A stretch of 64,000 nucleotides of DNA, from NCBI RefSeq assembly GCF_009914755.1, contig NC_060927.1. One strand, written 5' to 3'. Source of the stretch: the human T2T-CHM13v2.0 reference genome, Homo sapiens. Below the pieces are notes generated by a model, which saw nothing but the letters and a program-made list of their open reading frames with translations, was not told the DNA's origin and did not search any database. Shown here in pieces: positions 42,981-55,588 of the stretch (position 1 is its first letter; each line of letters opens with the position of its first letter). The translations under genes were made by a program, and so were the position numbers.

Positions 42981-43779
42981 TCTGAAGTAGGTAGCAGGCT
43001 ACTAGGAGAAGTGTCCTGAATTACCATGTTCAATAATGCTCTATTTAGAAATTATTTTATTTGAAGGTCAAATGAAAAAACAAGTTTCCTTTCCAAGTAG
43101 ACAAAACAATGTCTCATGCTAATAGACTTTACTGCCGGCATCATTTCGCACATATTTTTGAAGCTTCTTAAATGAAAACTACACAATTCTTTAAACACTA
43201 AATGCACCCTTCTGCCCCCCGACAAAGAAGTTTTCTTTACCGTTAGAATAATTTCAAGTGCATAAATCTATGCTTCGTGTGCTTCCTACACCTAACTTAG
43301 ACTTATCCTTCATGAAATGTTAAATCTCAGGACGCTAATCTGGAATGCATGTTGTGTCTGGTCCAACTAATATTTAGATGGTTTCACTCACTGCTCAAAA
43401 CTTTCCCTAGGTCCATCAGGATCCAGCTAATTTCCTCATTGTCTATGCAGCTATCTTTCATGACTCCAGACACACTGAGCTTTCCTGCTACAACCCTCAA
43501 GTGTTTGTTCATTCACTAGTGAATCATGCAGTTGTTTTCTGTATGTATGTTTTGCTTTTTTAAAACAATCAAATATGTATAGCTGATCTTTTCTTTGGAT
43601 TTATAATAAACTTCTTAAAAAGTAGGTAAGATATATAAAAAGTCCTCAATCTTTTGATCACAATGGAAAATCCTAAAATTACAAACTAATGAAAAGAAAC
43701 TCCACCTCAGATAATAGATTTACTTCAGTTTTACTGTGATAAATGACTTCAGGATGAAAAACCTGAAAATTTTTAATTA

Positions 43780-44560
43780 AGTGAAAGTTGTGCTTTCTGG
43801 ATGGAAAGATTACTAGCTCTAAATTAATACGTAGATTCAATGTAATTCTGATAAGAATTGTAATGGAATTAAACTAAGTCTAAAGTTAACCGGGAAGAAG
43901 AAAATAATAAAGACAAGTTTGAAAAAACAGTGTTAGTGACTTACTGTATTGCATGGCAAGATATATCAAAGCTAGCATAATTAGAATGCTAGTGATGTTG
44001 GTGTAAGGATGGATAAATGGCTTTACCCATTTATGCTGGAGGTTGCAATTCTTTGTGTGTGTGTGAAAAATCAGACCTTGGCAATGACCTTGAGCAGTAG
44101 GATATAAATAACTGCCACAAGCTTAACGTTCCAATAATGAAACACTAGGCATAAATAGGTTAACGGGACAGAATATATGGTATAGAAACAGACTCATGCA
44201 TATGAGAAAGTTTGGTTTATAATAAAAGTGTCTTAGCAAATCATGAGGATAAGATGTTTTTCTTATTTTCACGCATAATGTTGGGTGTGCTAGATATCCA
44301 TTATGGAAGAGAGAAAAATTTCAACCCATACTTCATGTCTTGCAGAAAAGGGAAACTACAGCTAGATAAAACAGCTAAAAGTAAAGAGAAAAATCCCATA
44401 AATATAACACAAATTTGGAAAAGCATTGGAATCAGAAGAACTTTCTAAGTAAAACAATAACCCAGAAGCCATAAAGCAAAAGATCGACAGAATCAACAAA
44501 AATATTGTTAGCAAACAAAGAAACAAGAAAATACAAAGAATTCCTGCAAGGAAAGGAAGC
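43780..44560 (+). mobile_element. Ancient L1M ORF2 fragment interrupted by MER85
   Basis: ttctggatggaaagat...aaattaatacgtagattcaatgtaattc; acagaata...agaaacagactca; aaaacaataacccagaagccataaag. Confidence 0.65.
44026..44159 (-). mobile_element. MER85 (piggyBac PGBD3-family MITE), full length
   Basis: Terminal inverted repeats cccatttatgc / gcataaatagg; flanks ttta (44022-25) and ttaa (44160-63); internal tcagaccttggcaatgaccttgagcagtaggatataaataac; palindrome gttccaataatgaaac. Confidence 0.92.
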
Positions 44561-44859
44561 AAAATGCAGTACGGAAGGTAAATAAATGAAACAGAAAACT
44601 CTGAGACAGAGTGAACAGAATTGATATAGCCTTATGAATAAAACAACAGCGCAAGTATCAAGACATTTAATATCTTACCAGAGATAGGAAAGAGTTTGGA
44701 GGGGACTTGGGGAAGTCTCTCCAACAAACTATTCCAAATGTCGACCTTTATTAAAGAATAAGGTTTGTTTTTAAGTCAATCAAAACAATTTCAACCCATC
44801 AATCAATAAATAGCTCAGGACAATGTGGAGGAAGGGGCTGCAAATGTTGCAATTAAAAG

Positions 44860-45300
44860 TGCCAGTCCTGGATTCTTGTGCCTGGATGCAAATTTAGACT
44901 CTGGGCAAATCTCTTAAACCCTCTTGTGCCTTAGAGTTTTCATACACAGTTGGAGGAGCAGTGGTTAGAAATACCTATAGCACAGAATTATTGAAGATAA
45001 GAGCTAACAAGGCTTAGCTCAGAGGCAGGCAAACAAGTGCGTAATAACTGTTGGCTGATATAATTATTACTTTCATTTTTTATTTCATTTTACTTAGAGC
45101 CAAGAGCCAAAACTCCTCCTGCATAAAGAAGCTGGGGGTTTTAGTAAACCACTTCATCATTCTGGGCTTCAGTTTCTTCATTTGTAACATGGAGAAATAA
45201 TGTTAGGTAGGGTTAGTGTGATCATTAAATTAGTTAATATTTAGTAAGTTCTTTTACCTTTGGAATTTGCATGGTATTCAGTAAGTGCCATTACATGTTT
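44860..45300 (+). mobile_element. Two MIR fragments
   Basis: tgggcaaatctcttaaaccctcttgtgcctt; ctgggcttcagtttcttcatttgtaacatggagaaataat. Confidence 0.6.
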
Positions 45301-47127
45301 GTTAAAAGAAAAATATTGTGTCTAGTTAGCCAAAAATATTTCAAGCAATCAAAAATATGAGCTTAAATGCCAAAACGAACATTTAGTAAATGTGACCACT
45401 CTCAAAGTGCTTAAAGAAAAGGAATAGGACAACTTGGGTTTTTTTAATTATTGTTATTATTTGTGTTTAATGGTAGTTTATTTTCTGTTGCCATTTGTGA
45501 CTTTAAGGAACCCAATCATCACAAATTGAGTGAGAGTGGACTCTATTAAACTGAGTCTGGATGAATGTCCTTTTGCAAAGTCTCTTTTCACTGTAACCTA
45601 AAATTCCCCTTATGACGAGCCAACACAAAGGCACATCTCTTTCCCAGAAGCTGTCAAGCAATTGCTCAATCTGCTCACTCCTTTAGGAGAACACACCTTG
45701 AAGGGTGACAATTACAGTGGGCTGGAGGTGCTGACAACTGCTTCCTGATGATAATACAGAAGGTCCAGTGCTGTTGACCTTAGGCATTGACCTGCATGTA
45801 GAAACTGCCAACTGCTAGACTGTTAGAAGAATGTAAATATTTAATGAGTGATGCTTTGTAAAAGTGCCTATCACCAGAGGTTCGGAGATCAAAAAAAGAA
45901 TTTATTTTCAGAAAATAGTTCTATCTTTCTGTGGAGGGTGTATAGGTGGCTTTTCCTTTGACCATCATGCTAGAGAGGACAAGGATAGACACAGATGGGA
46001 CAGGAAAGGAAGGGAGCCTGAGATGTTCAGGAAATTAGATGCACTAGACTTATTTTAGTCGGCCCATTTTGCAAATATGTGTCACGAAATGCTGTAGTCC
46101 TTAATGAAGGTAATTAAATGTAATTTGAAGACAAGTTTCTCCTCTCTAGTGGTGACACAGCTCCTGCCAACAATTTAGGTTATCAACATAAGGTGAAGAC
46201 TAAATTGGCCCTAACTGATGAAATGGAAGAATTGGGATGTTACTCAAATGCCAGGTGTCAATAAATGTTTAAATTGGACAGCACAGTGGCTGCAAGTCAG
46301 ACTGTGTACACTTACAAGTTAAGGAGAAATGGGCGGATTTCAGAAAAAGGTCAGCCTTGGCATAGAAGGATCTGCCTCATCTCGGGGGATTAAGCAAAGG
46401 CCCAAACCAAGACATTCCGGGCCTATATACTAAACTGTAGAATGTTAACAGTTGATTTTTCGAACAAAATGCAAACTTTAGAGGTGACTTCAAAAGCTGT
46501 AGAGGGGACGGTCCTGCAAGGATAGTTGTTAACTGCCCTGTTTTCCTCATGTCTTCTGAGGAAGATCAGTGAACGTGGAAGTATCCAGAGATCTATTTTG
46601 AAGGAAGCAAATCTACTTATGGCTAGATTCAGTGTGGGGTGCTTACTGAAGGCTGACTTAAAGAAACCAATGGAATGCATATCTGATAAAGAAGTTGGGA
46701 CAAGGAAGGCTTATTGAAGCTTTGTGTTTTGTCAACAGTCCCACAACCTTTTGTGCCTTCTATTCTAAGTTCACCTTCCTCAGTAGTCATGGGATCTGGC
46801 CTTAATTCGGCATGATGACTGAGAGAGCTCTTGGCAAAATACTTCTGCAGTCCAATGACGTTTTTCTTAAAATTCTGCCTTTGCCTTATTTTAGAAATGA
46901 CAGCCTGTGAACTGAATATAGACCAAAAATCCTGACCACTCCTTAGACTTTCTTTACCAAGTCTAACTGTCCATGTGCTTACTTGCCTGGCCTCTGGGGA
47001 ACGCTGAGTATTCACCAATCGTATGAATAATTAGAAGATAAGAAAGATGGTTAGAAAGATGGTTAAGACTCATTAGCAGTGTTTCAGGACTGAAAGAAAC
47101 ATTATCTGAACAAAAATTTTGCTTCCA

Positions 47128-47266
47128 TTGCCAGATTTAGCAAATAAAACTATAAAAAATGTTTTAGTGTAAAATATGCACTATTTGGGGCACACTTATA
47201 CTAAAAATTCATCCATTGTTTATCTGGAATTTAATTTAATGGATTGTCCACTATTTTATCTGGCAA
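47128..47266. mobile_element. MER53 (palindromic hAT MITE) with internal deletion
   Basis: Termini ttgccagatttagcaaataaaa and ttttatctggcaa; core acttatactaaaaatt..ttgtttatctggaatt. Confidence 0.8.
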
Positions 47267-47813
47267 ATAAAATAAGAATTTTATCTATTTGCTCAACTAA
47301 ATACAATTTATGTTGGGGACAGAGAGTTATGTTTTAGGATTTTAGAAAGATTAAATATTAAGTGAATGTCTTGGTGAATTATGACTTATAGCCATAGCTA
47401 TATTACTTTCAGAAAGAAAGCTACACTGAGGAGAGTGAAATGAGAAGAACAGCAGTCCTCATTTTATATTTGAAGCAGTCTTAATTTATAGTTACACCAT
47501 ACCAGGCAGTGCGGCACTTGGGCACAGAACCAATATTATATATGTGGAATAGATAAATACATATGTGTGGGTTTATTTCCAAAATGACTTTTATATGCTG
47601 GTGGAGATGTGGCATGTGTTACTTTTCTCTTCATTTTTATGTCTGGTTATAGAGTACAGAAATTGCTTTAAAATGACCCAAATTATAAACTACCATTAGC
47701 AACTCTTGTTTGGGAGCACCAAGCTCCATCTTCTTGCCTGTTACGCTAGAGCAGCCTTGTCCAGAATTTCAATAGTGTACCTCTTTTTTCCAGTGATGGA
47801 GCAGACCCTGGTG

Positions 47814-47849
47814 ATGGTAAAAACCACAATTACTTTTGCACCAACCTAA
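47814..47849. mobile_element. Half MADE1 / solo Hsmar1 terminal inverted repeat
   Basis: atggtaaaaaccacaattacttttgcaccaacctaa; recalled consensus ATGGCAAAAACCGCAATTACTTTTGCACCAACCTAA, 2 mismatches. Confidence 0.9.
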
Positions 47850-49574
47850 CTAATATTCTTGCCACAGGAGAGTGGGGAGAAAAGCCTGCCATAGAGGAGG
47901 GGGTGAATAATTAATTTCCAGGGTGTCGTAGTCTTAGCCCAACACAGATTTTCATCTCCTCCTTTTTATACTGTAGAAACGGGATGCATTTCCCACCCCA
48001 CATGAATTCATACCTATTTTTATAGACTGTAATGTCTCCCTGATTGAACATAACTACCAGGGATATGGGAATGATTGGAACTTGGCAAACATCAGTGAAA
48101 TGGCAGAATCCTTATAATGACATTTGTTTGAAATGAGGAGCTACACATTACATTCCAAAGTGACCAAATCTCAATTTAGCAATAACCGTAAATGTATGCT
48201 GTGGAGAGTCGAGAATTTCATGGGCTCAGAAGTAAGCCATGCTTGTTTTAGGAATTATGATGAAGCCAGTGGTTTCCATGGCTACCATTTGCACTAATTG
48301 TGATATATTAGTAGCAACAAGAATTGGATGTCTCAAGTCATTTAGTTAATTAAACACAAACGTGGACCCTGCCAAAAGAATTATGGATGAAATTAGCATC
48401 TACCGGAATGCACCTGTAAAATGTGACTTGCATTAGTCCTGTCAGCTGGGGGAGGGGACGCACGATGGAGTTGAAATGCTTGTGTATTCTAAACATGTCT
48501 TTCTTACCCATATCCAGTTACAGAACCACTTTATAATTTATTTTTAAGATGCATCCTCAAATGAAATACAACAGCAGTGATCAAAGGGACATGTTTTTTT
48601 GTTGCTGCTATGACCAGTAAAATATATGAAATTTCACATGGAGGGAGGTGGTAGCTCACAGCAATTACAGAAAACGATGAAACAACAGATTTGCCACTAA
48701 CACACTGAGATCCTGAAAATAGGAGTTTATAATGGAAAAAGCTGACACAGGCATAACTGTGGCAGCCAGCTATGTTTTGACATCATTGAAAGCCTGGTGA
48801 GCTTTACATCAAGAGTAGCAAGAATATGATAGATTGGATTGAGATACATGAAGATGGGATTGTTAAATTCTACTTGTGAATCTGGGCAAATGCTAGAACA
48901 ACAACTCTATCCTCATCAGACTTTCTAAGTGTACGTCTACATCCATTATCTCTCAGCATTCGCAGTCCTGGGAAAAAAGTTGTCACGGGCTCAATTTTTC
49001 AGATGGCGGAGCTGAGACTTGGAAAGGCAAAATGATTTACCCAAATCGCCATTCCAGGGCTATTCCTGTCCCAAAAGCTGCAGACCAGAGTTTGTAAAGA
49101 GCCAGGGGTTGATAGTAGATGTGTCAGTTTGTTCAGTCATTCAACAAACTTTTGCATTAAGCACCCACTCTTTGGTAGGCACATGGGATAAAAAGGCAAG
49201 CAAAACTCCACTCCTGAGCCTTCCCTTCATATTGTCTCTATGTTGTGATGCCTTTTCTTTCAAAATGCAACAGACTGCCTTGGCTGTGAACAAATCTGCT
49301 TTCAGTGTTCAAACATTTTACAGATATCAGTTAGATGCATTATCATGTGGGAAGGCTACAATGATGAGTGAAATAGACATGGCCCTCATTTCAAGAAGCT
49401 GTGGTCAGATGGGGGAGACAGCTGTTCTTTATATAATCCCACAAATAGAAAATTGCAACTGTGTTAAGTGCCATAAAGGAGAGGCGAGAGGCATGTGACA
49501 CTGTGGCATAGAGAATACGGTGGAATTGACATATTTTCAAGCAGGGATGGAGCTGAAATCCCAAAGAAGGCTTA

Positions 49575-50043
49575 GCTAGGGTTCAGTAAGGGAGGCAGAA
49601 CCTGTAGGTGGTTGCAGGAACTGGTTAAACAGTATGTGTAAGGCTGCCTCGGTGTCTCACACTGGAACTTGAAGCCCACAAGTCAGCCAGTGAAGTTTAG
49701 AAGAGGGATGTAAAGTGAAAGAGAGCATGGACAAACCAGAGTCCATGAGGGCAGACTGAAACCCGTGTCCGTGTTATTTCCTCTGACCCTGATGGTATGT
49801 CATGGTGCTAACCACACACCCTGCTGCCTATAAGTCAAAGAAGCTGAAGGAGGTTCCAGGGGAAAGTGGGGGGTTGCAGGCCCAGAAGATAAGGTAACTA
49901 TGGGCGTCAACTAAGAAACGGTGAATGCTTCACTCCTGCTCTCCAAATGCCATGTGGCAGTCTTTCTTGTGATCTACCTTAACTGGAAACATCCAGGAAA
50001 GGGAAATCTGGGAAATATAATTCAGCCTAGCTAAGTTGACATG
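49575..50043 (-). mobile_element. Old ERVL-class solo LTR (LTR41-like)
   Basis: agggttcagtaagggaggcagaacc ... gggaaatctgggaaatataattcagcctagctaagttgaca. Confidence 0.55.
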
Positions 50044-50095
50044 TTATAAAGGCACACACGAGAAGTAGAGGTGATGACTTGTTCAAGACTCTGTC

Positions 50096-50236
50096 CTGAA
50101 GGATGATGTGCATCCATGGAAGGAATGAAGGAGACCAGTCTGCAGAATTAAAGAGGGATGGAGACTGAAGGATGATGTGCAGCCATGGAGGGAATGAAGG
50201 AGAACAGTGTGCAGAATTGAAGAGGGACAGAGACTG
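50096..50236. repeat. Tandem duplication, 69 bp x2 (7 mismatches)
   Basis: ctgaaggatgatgtgca(t/g)ccatgga..gaatgaaggaga..cagt.tgcagaatt.aagaggga at 50096 and 50165. Confidence 0.96.
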
Positions 50237-51827
50237 CTGGTCCTCATAAGTAGTTTCTTCTACCAATCCAATGTCTCTTCATTGAAGATTTTGGAGAATG
50301 AACTCTGCTTCATGTATCTTAAATTTTTTAACTACAAACAAAATACTGCAATTTATTCAGTTGCTGTCTTAGAATCCCTCTAGCAAAATTTTCATAAAGC
50401 TAGGCCAAAGTGAAATTGAATCAGCACTCATGTAAGCTGAATGGCACCAAATTCACATTTACTGAATGCACACAAAGAAGCAATGAAGTTTGACACTGAG
50501 ACCAGTGAGTCTGTCTGATGAGCTCAACCTGCCCACTTGGCTGACTGCAGATCAGGCCAACCATCTGTCTTGAAGCATCTCCTACAACCAGGACATCCAT
50601 GGGAGGGGACACCAAGCATGACATGGGAGTTCAGCCTTCAAGGTGTTAGTTATCAACTTGCCAGCATAATCAGATGTGCACTAGTGAAACTATTACACAC
50701 AGTACAGTATCTATGATAAAATAACATACATAATCCACAAGTCCCAACAGAACTGAGGGTCCTACAAGATGGACAGGAGTTTATTCTACAGAGAAAAGAA
50801 GGGGAAACCTCATGACCTAGAAGGGCAATGTACAAAATTTCCTAGGTGGGTATGTGCAGCTCCAGTCAAGAACCTGGCTAGCATTCCGGAGAGTAGAGCC
50901 TGTTGACTTTTCAAAGTGTCATATGGTACAATGGATGAACATCTGTGGCCTAGTTTATCAGACTGAGCTTAGAATTGGCACAAGTCACTAAAACGCATTG
51001 AACTTAGGTCCTCTATAATATACAGGAACTAATTTCTATCTGATAAGGTTGTTTTGAGAATTAGATATAAAAATTAACCAAAGTCAATAGTGTTAGAGGT
51101 TACATTCAAAATATGATGTAGAAGGTAAGCTGATGACTTATGAATAAAAATAAACCAGGCTGGAGGATCAGAATGGGGTGGTTACAGTTTCATACATGGA
51201 GTTGGGAAGGCCTCTCCAAAAAGATGCTATCTTAGCATGAGGGATGCCATGTGGACATCAGGGGTTAAGGATTTGAAGTAGGATTCTACAGAGAAAACCA
51301 TAATAGCACCTCTAACATACTGAGAAACTCCAAAACTACAGGTCACTTACATTTGACTTTGCGTTAACTACGTAATTATACATACATATAAATAATCAAG
51401 TACCTGATAATACAGGAATTTCCAATACTTTTACAAAACCCATATATTGCTTCCAGGATGCACAACCCTTCCCAGACACTACAAAATTGTAATGTAATGG
51501 CACATGCTAGAACAGATTATGAATTCTACAAATTTAGTTATCATAATTTTCTGTCATAACTCTGATAAAATCTACCATCTCCGAGTTGTTATGAAAATTT
51601 AATAATATATGGGAAGTGCCTAAATCAGGGTATGAAGCATGTTAGGGGTTCAATAGACATTAGTTTATCTTAGAAATTTTACTGTAGGTGAGCTTAGTGT
51701 TAATCTCCTGGCTTCTGGCTGTTCCTCTGTGTCTTTTCAAAGGTTAGACGTTACCTGGTTGGAAACATGAGAAGGATTTGAGCAGGAAAGGAAAGCAAAG
51801 CTTTAGAAAGAGCTGTTTACACATATC

Positions 51828-52082
51828 AAGCCTTCCTGGAGGAGGCGGCATTTGAGAGTCATCTCCAAGAATAAATGAGAGTTGGGAGAGGGGCACTGTT
51901 GGCAGTGAAAGGATAACAAGTAATAGCAATGCTAATGTGCTTCCAGAACTTGGCCCAGGTCTCAGCAGCCGCGTTGGTATTTGAACCCAAGACTTCTCAC
52001 CTCCAGGAAAATGCAGAGGCAATATTCACACTATGCAATGACTGCTTAGCTGTGTATCACAATTGGCCCCTTAGATCGCTGG
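51828..52082 (+). repeat. Dispersed direct duplication, copy 1 (~250 bp)
   Basis: About 88% identical to 55589-55837 by hand alignment. Confidence 0.95.
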
Positions 52083-52452
52083 TAATGGAATCAAGGAGAG
52101 AAACTCTTTAGAACACTCTGGTAGCTGTCATATTGTACTGAGGCCAGCAATGCGGTGGTGCATTTGGAATGTTGAGGCCAATGCATGCAAAGGGCCTTTC
52201 AAAGCAGTAACAAACAAGATTCGCTTGAGGAAGCAGCAATGGGAATAATTTAAAGTTCACAGTCTAGAGGGCAAGAAAAAAGGGTGAAATGCTAACAAAA
52301 AGCAAGCAACTCGTACAGGGGATATATTTTTTTAATGAAAAAATTTTACAAGCCCTTCTACACTATTTGCTTATTGCATAGATGGGGAAATTGAGTCTCA
52401 GAAGTGGTTTGCTAAGAATTGCCCAACTCATGAGTCAAAAAACAGGGACATT

Positions 52453-52620
52453 GGCTGGGCTTGGTGGCCCCATCTGTAATCCTAGCTACGTGGGAGGCTG
52501 AGGCAGGAGGATCCTTTGAGCCCAGGAATTGGAAGCTGCAGTAAGCTGTGATGGTGCTATTGCATTCCAGCCTGGATGACAGAGCAAGACCTGCCTCTAA
52601 GATAAGTAAATTTTGAAAAG
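52453..52620 (+). mobile_element. Free Alu monomer (FRAM/FAM-like) with TSD
   Basis: Single arm ggctgggcttggtggc...ctgtaatcctagctac...gagcccaggaattggaagctgcagt...gacagagcaagacct; cagggaca at 52443-52450 and 52624-52631. Confidence 0.88.
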
Positions 52621-53335
52621 AATCAGGGACAGAAGAATATTCCCTGTCTGCTTCTGCCCTGACTTCTGCACAGCCTGGCTTTATAGGTGCAGGTTGCAGT
52701 GACGATGAGATATCCAAGTAGAAATGTAACATGTGCAGTTCAAAGGTAGGACTTCTAAAGAGAGGCAATGGCTGGAGAAGGGCATTTGTATCAAGGCATT
52801 TTGCTGAAGATATCAGCAAAGGGAGAAAGTACAGAAAAGGGTGAGAAAGGACTCAGAGTTAAAAGAGAACAACCATTGAGGCAAGAAAGGAGTAAACATT
52901 CAAGTTACAGATTGTCCTTATAGCTGAGAAAGGAGCTGTTTCAAAAACATGGGAGGCATGTTCTTAGGCATCAGAGAGCCATTTTTCTGGGAGAGGGGGA
53001 GCTGTTTTAGCACATTAGTATGTCCGGAGGCCAGACTGCAAAAGGTAAAGACAGAATATCAGGAACTGGTTCCTGCAGGCAGCACTTCCTACTCTGAGGG
53101 TCATCCAGCCTGAGCCCTCGTCCCTCCCCTCCCAGAACCTCACTTTGACAACGTGGCTCACTAATTGCTACTGGGTAGAAGCTAGCCATTCTAGAAATAG
53201 CAGTTCTATGGAGTAAGTAGATACATTAAACTTTCTAACATGAAACGTCCAGAAGGCAACTAGAGTTACTCAGTCACAGGCTGGACGATTCTCTGTAGGC
53301 TCTGAAATCGCCATGTGGGCATCCTCTCTAAAGAC

Positions 53336-53771
53336 TGTATTCATTTGCTAGGGCTACTGTGGCAAAATACCACAAAACCGGGTGGCATAAACAACAGAAA
53401 TGTATTTTCTCACAGTTCTGGAGGCTGGAAGTCTGAAATTCAGGTGTCAGCAGGGTTGGCTCCTTCTGAGAGCTGTGAAAAAGAGCATGTGCCATGCCTC
53501 TGCCAAGCTGCAGACAGCAATGCTTGGTGTTTCTTATGAAAAGCATGACTCTAACATCTGCCATCGCATAGTGGTGATCCTTCTGTATGTGTCCAAAGTT
53601 TTCCTTTGTGTAAGGATACTAGCCATAGTGGATTAGAGACCCACCCTAATCATCTCATTTTAACCAATTACATATTCAATGGCCCTATTTATAAATAAGG
53701 TCACATTCTGTAGCACAAGGGGTTAGGACTTTAAAATATGAATTTGGGGCAACACAATTCAACCCATAAAA
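53336..53771 (-). mobile_element. MLT1B/C-like solo LTR
   Basis: tgtattcatttgctagggct...ctcacagttctggaggctggaagtctga...cacaattcaacccata; near-TSD aagac/aagat. Confidence 0.9.
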
Positions 53772-54551
53772 AAGATCAAATATTTTGTCATGTCAAGACC
53801 GAACATTATTAATGTTTGCAATAGCCCAGGTCCAAAAGCCTACATGAGCACCTCTTTTTTTTTTTTTTCATTTTCTAGAAACATTTACATAATGACTATA
53901 TTGCCTTCTTTTGGCCACCTTAAAAGGGCTGATGGTTGGGTAGAAAAGAAATATCACTGAAGCCTTAATTCAGCCATAATAAGGCTGTTGAGCTTTGGGT
54001 CACAGCTTCCACATCTATACATTGGAAATTCTTCCTTCCAACTCAAAAGTATTGTGGTGCAAACCAAATAAAATGCAAACAGAGATTGGAAGAGCTATAA
54101 AGCAATGTGTTTTTTAAATCACTTTGAGTTTACAAATACAAAAGCAAGAAGAAACTTTGTGATTTTTATTTCTCCTCTTATTGATCAGCACATGTTTGAG
54201 ATCATGCTCATGCCTTAGGTGGCAAATTAATCTCAAAAATGTTACCTGGAGTACAAATTAGCACTCTATCTTTCTGCAGATGTAGAACAGAGATCATGTC
54301 CCCTGTTTCAGAGGTTCTCATTAGCTTATTAAAGTTAGAAATTTTCAGAAATAATGACTCTTATATGAAATAGTAACATTTCATATTCCTAGAAAATGGT
54401 AAGGAATTTTCCTTTGTAGGTGCAGAAAGGTCAGCATGACAGACATTCGCATGGTATTAAAACCACGAACTCTCAACTAGCCAGAGTTGAAAGCTTATTG
54501 TAGTTCACTGGAAAACACTTGAACTTGAATCTCAAAGTATATTTTCCTTGT

Positions 54552-54920
54552 TATATTAGTTTGCTAGGGCTGCCTTCACAAAGTATTACGAACTGGGTGG
54601 TGGAAACAACAGAAATTTATTTGCTCACAGTTCTGGAAGCTGGAAGTCTGAGATCTAGGTGTTAGCAGAATTGGTTTCTTCTGAGGTTGCTCTCCTTGGC
54701 TTGCAGATGGCTGCCTCCACCTGTGTTTTTACGTGGTCTTTCTCCTATGTGTATCTGCGTCCAAATTTCTTTTTATAAGGCTACCAGTTATATTAGATGA
54801 GGGCCCATCCTAGTGATTTTAACTCAATTACCTTTTAAAAATTTCAGTCACCAAATACAATGGCATTCTGGTGAGGTACTAGTGGTTAGGACTTCAACCT
54901 ATGAATTGTGTGAGAGACAA
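54552..54920 (-). mobile_element. MLT1A-like solo LTR
   Basis: tatattagtttgctagggctgcc...ctcacagttctggaagctggaagtc...ttggcttgcagatggctgcc...ttaggacttcaacctatgaatt. Confidence 0.9.
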
Positions 54921-55588
54921 GAGAGACAAATCAGCCTGGGACACTCCATCCCCTGCCACCCGTGCAAACTCATGCCCCTTTCCTCTTCACAGACAAAATA
55001 ATTTACCATTTACTTTGAACTTCAAAGCACAGCTCTCAAAATCTTTAAAAAACTTGAGGCATTTTTTTCTTAGAAATAAAGATATTTAGAGTCTTCTTCT
55101 CTTCCACTTAAAATGGGTAGCACACACTTTAATTATATTATTAATAGTAGCTAATTGATTTGACACACTTTTCCTGAGGGCCTACTGTGTGCCCAGCCTG
55201 GGGAGTGCAGCACTGTCCTCAGGTAAAATCTTTGTTCTAACAGCCTTCATTATATTTCACAGCTTGCCCAGGTCACGACTTCAGAAAGAACTGGAACCAT
55301 TTCTCATTCATCTCTGTATCCTCAGTGCCTGGAATTTACTTAGCAATCATTGCAAACTAGTCTCCTGCCTTCTCTCAATTACATATTTAAAACTATTTTG
55401 GATGTAATTATTTCAATGTATTGAGAGAAAGAACATGTTGAACTGTGAGTCCTGGTTCTATATTATATTGCCAACATCATCACTTATCTTTGTTTCTTCA
55501 TTGTAAAATAATATGATTTGGGCCAGAAATCCCTAAGGTTACTTCCAATTCAATAATTATACGTCTAACTCAGGTTTGGGAGTCCAAA

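Noticed and set aside
42446-47064. 15-bp (42446-42475) and 12-bp (47041-47064) micro-duplications and TA/TG-rich tracts
   Set aside because: Common slippage products in AT-rich intron; nothing suggests function
49019-49498. 159-aa ORF
   Set aside because: TTG start, overlaps MIR/L2 remnants, no domain-like character
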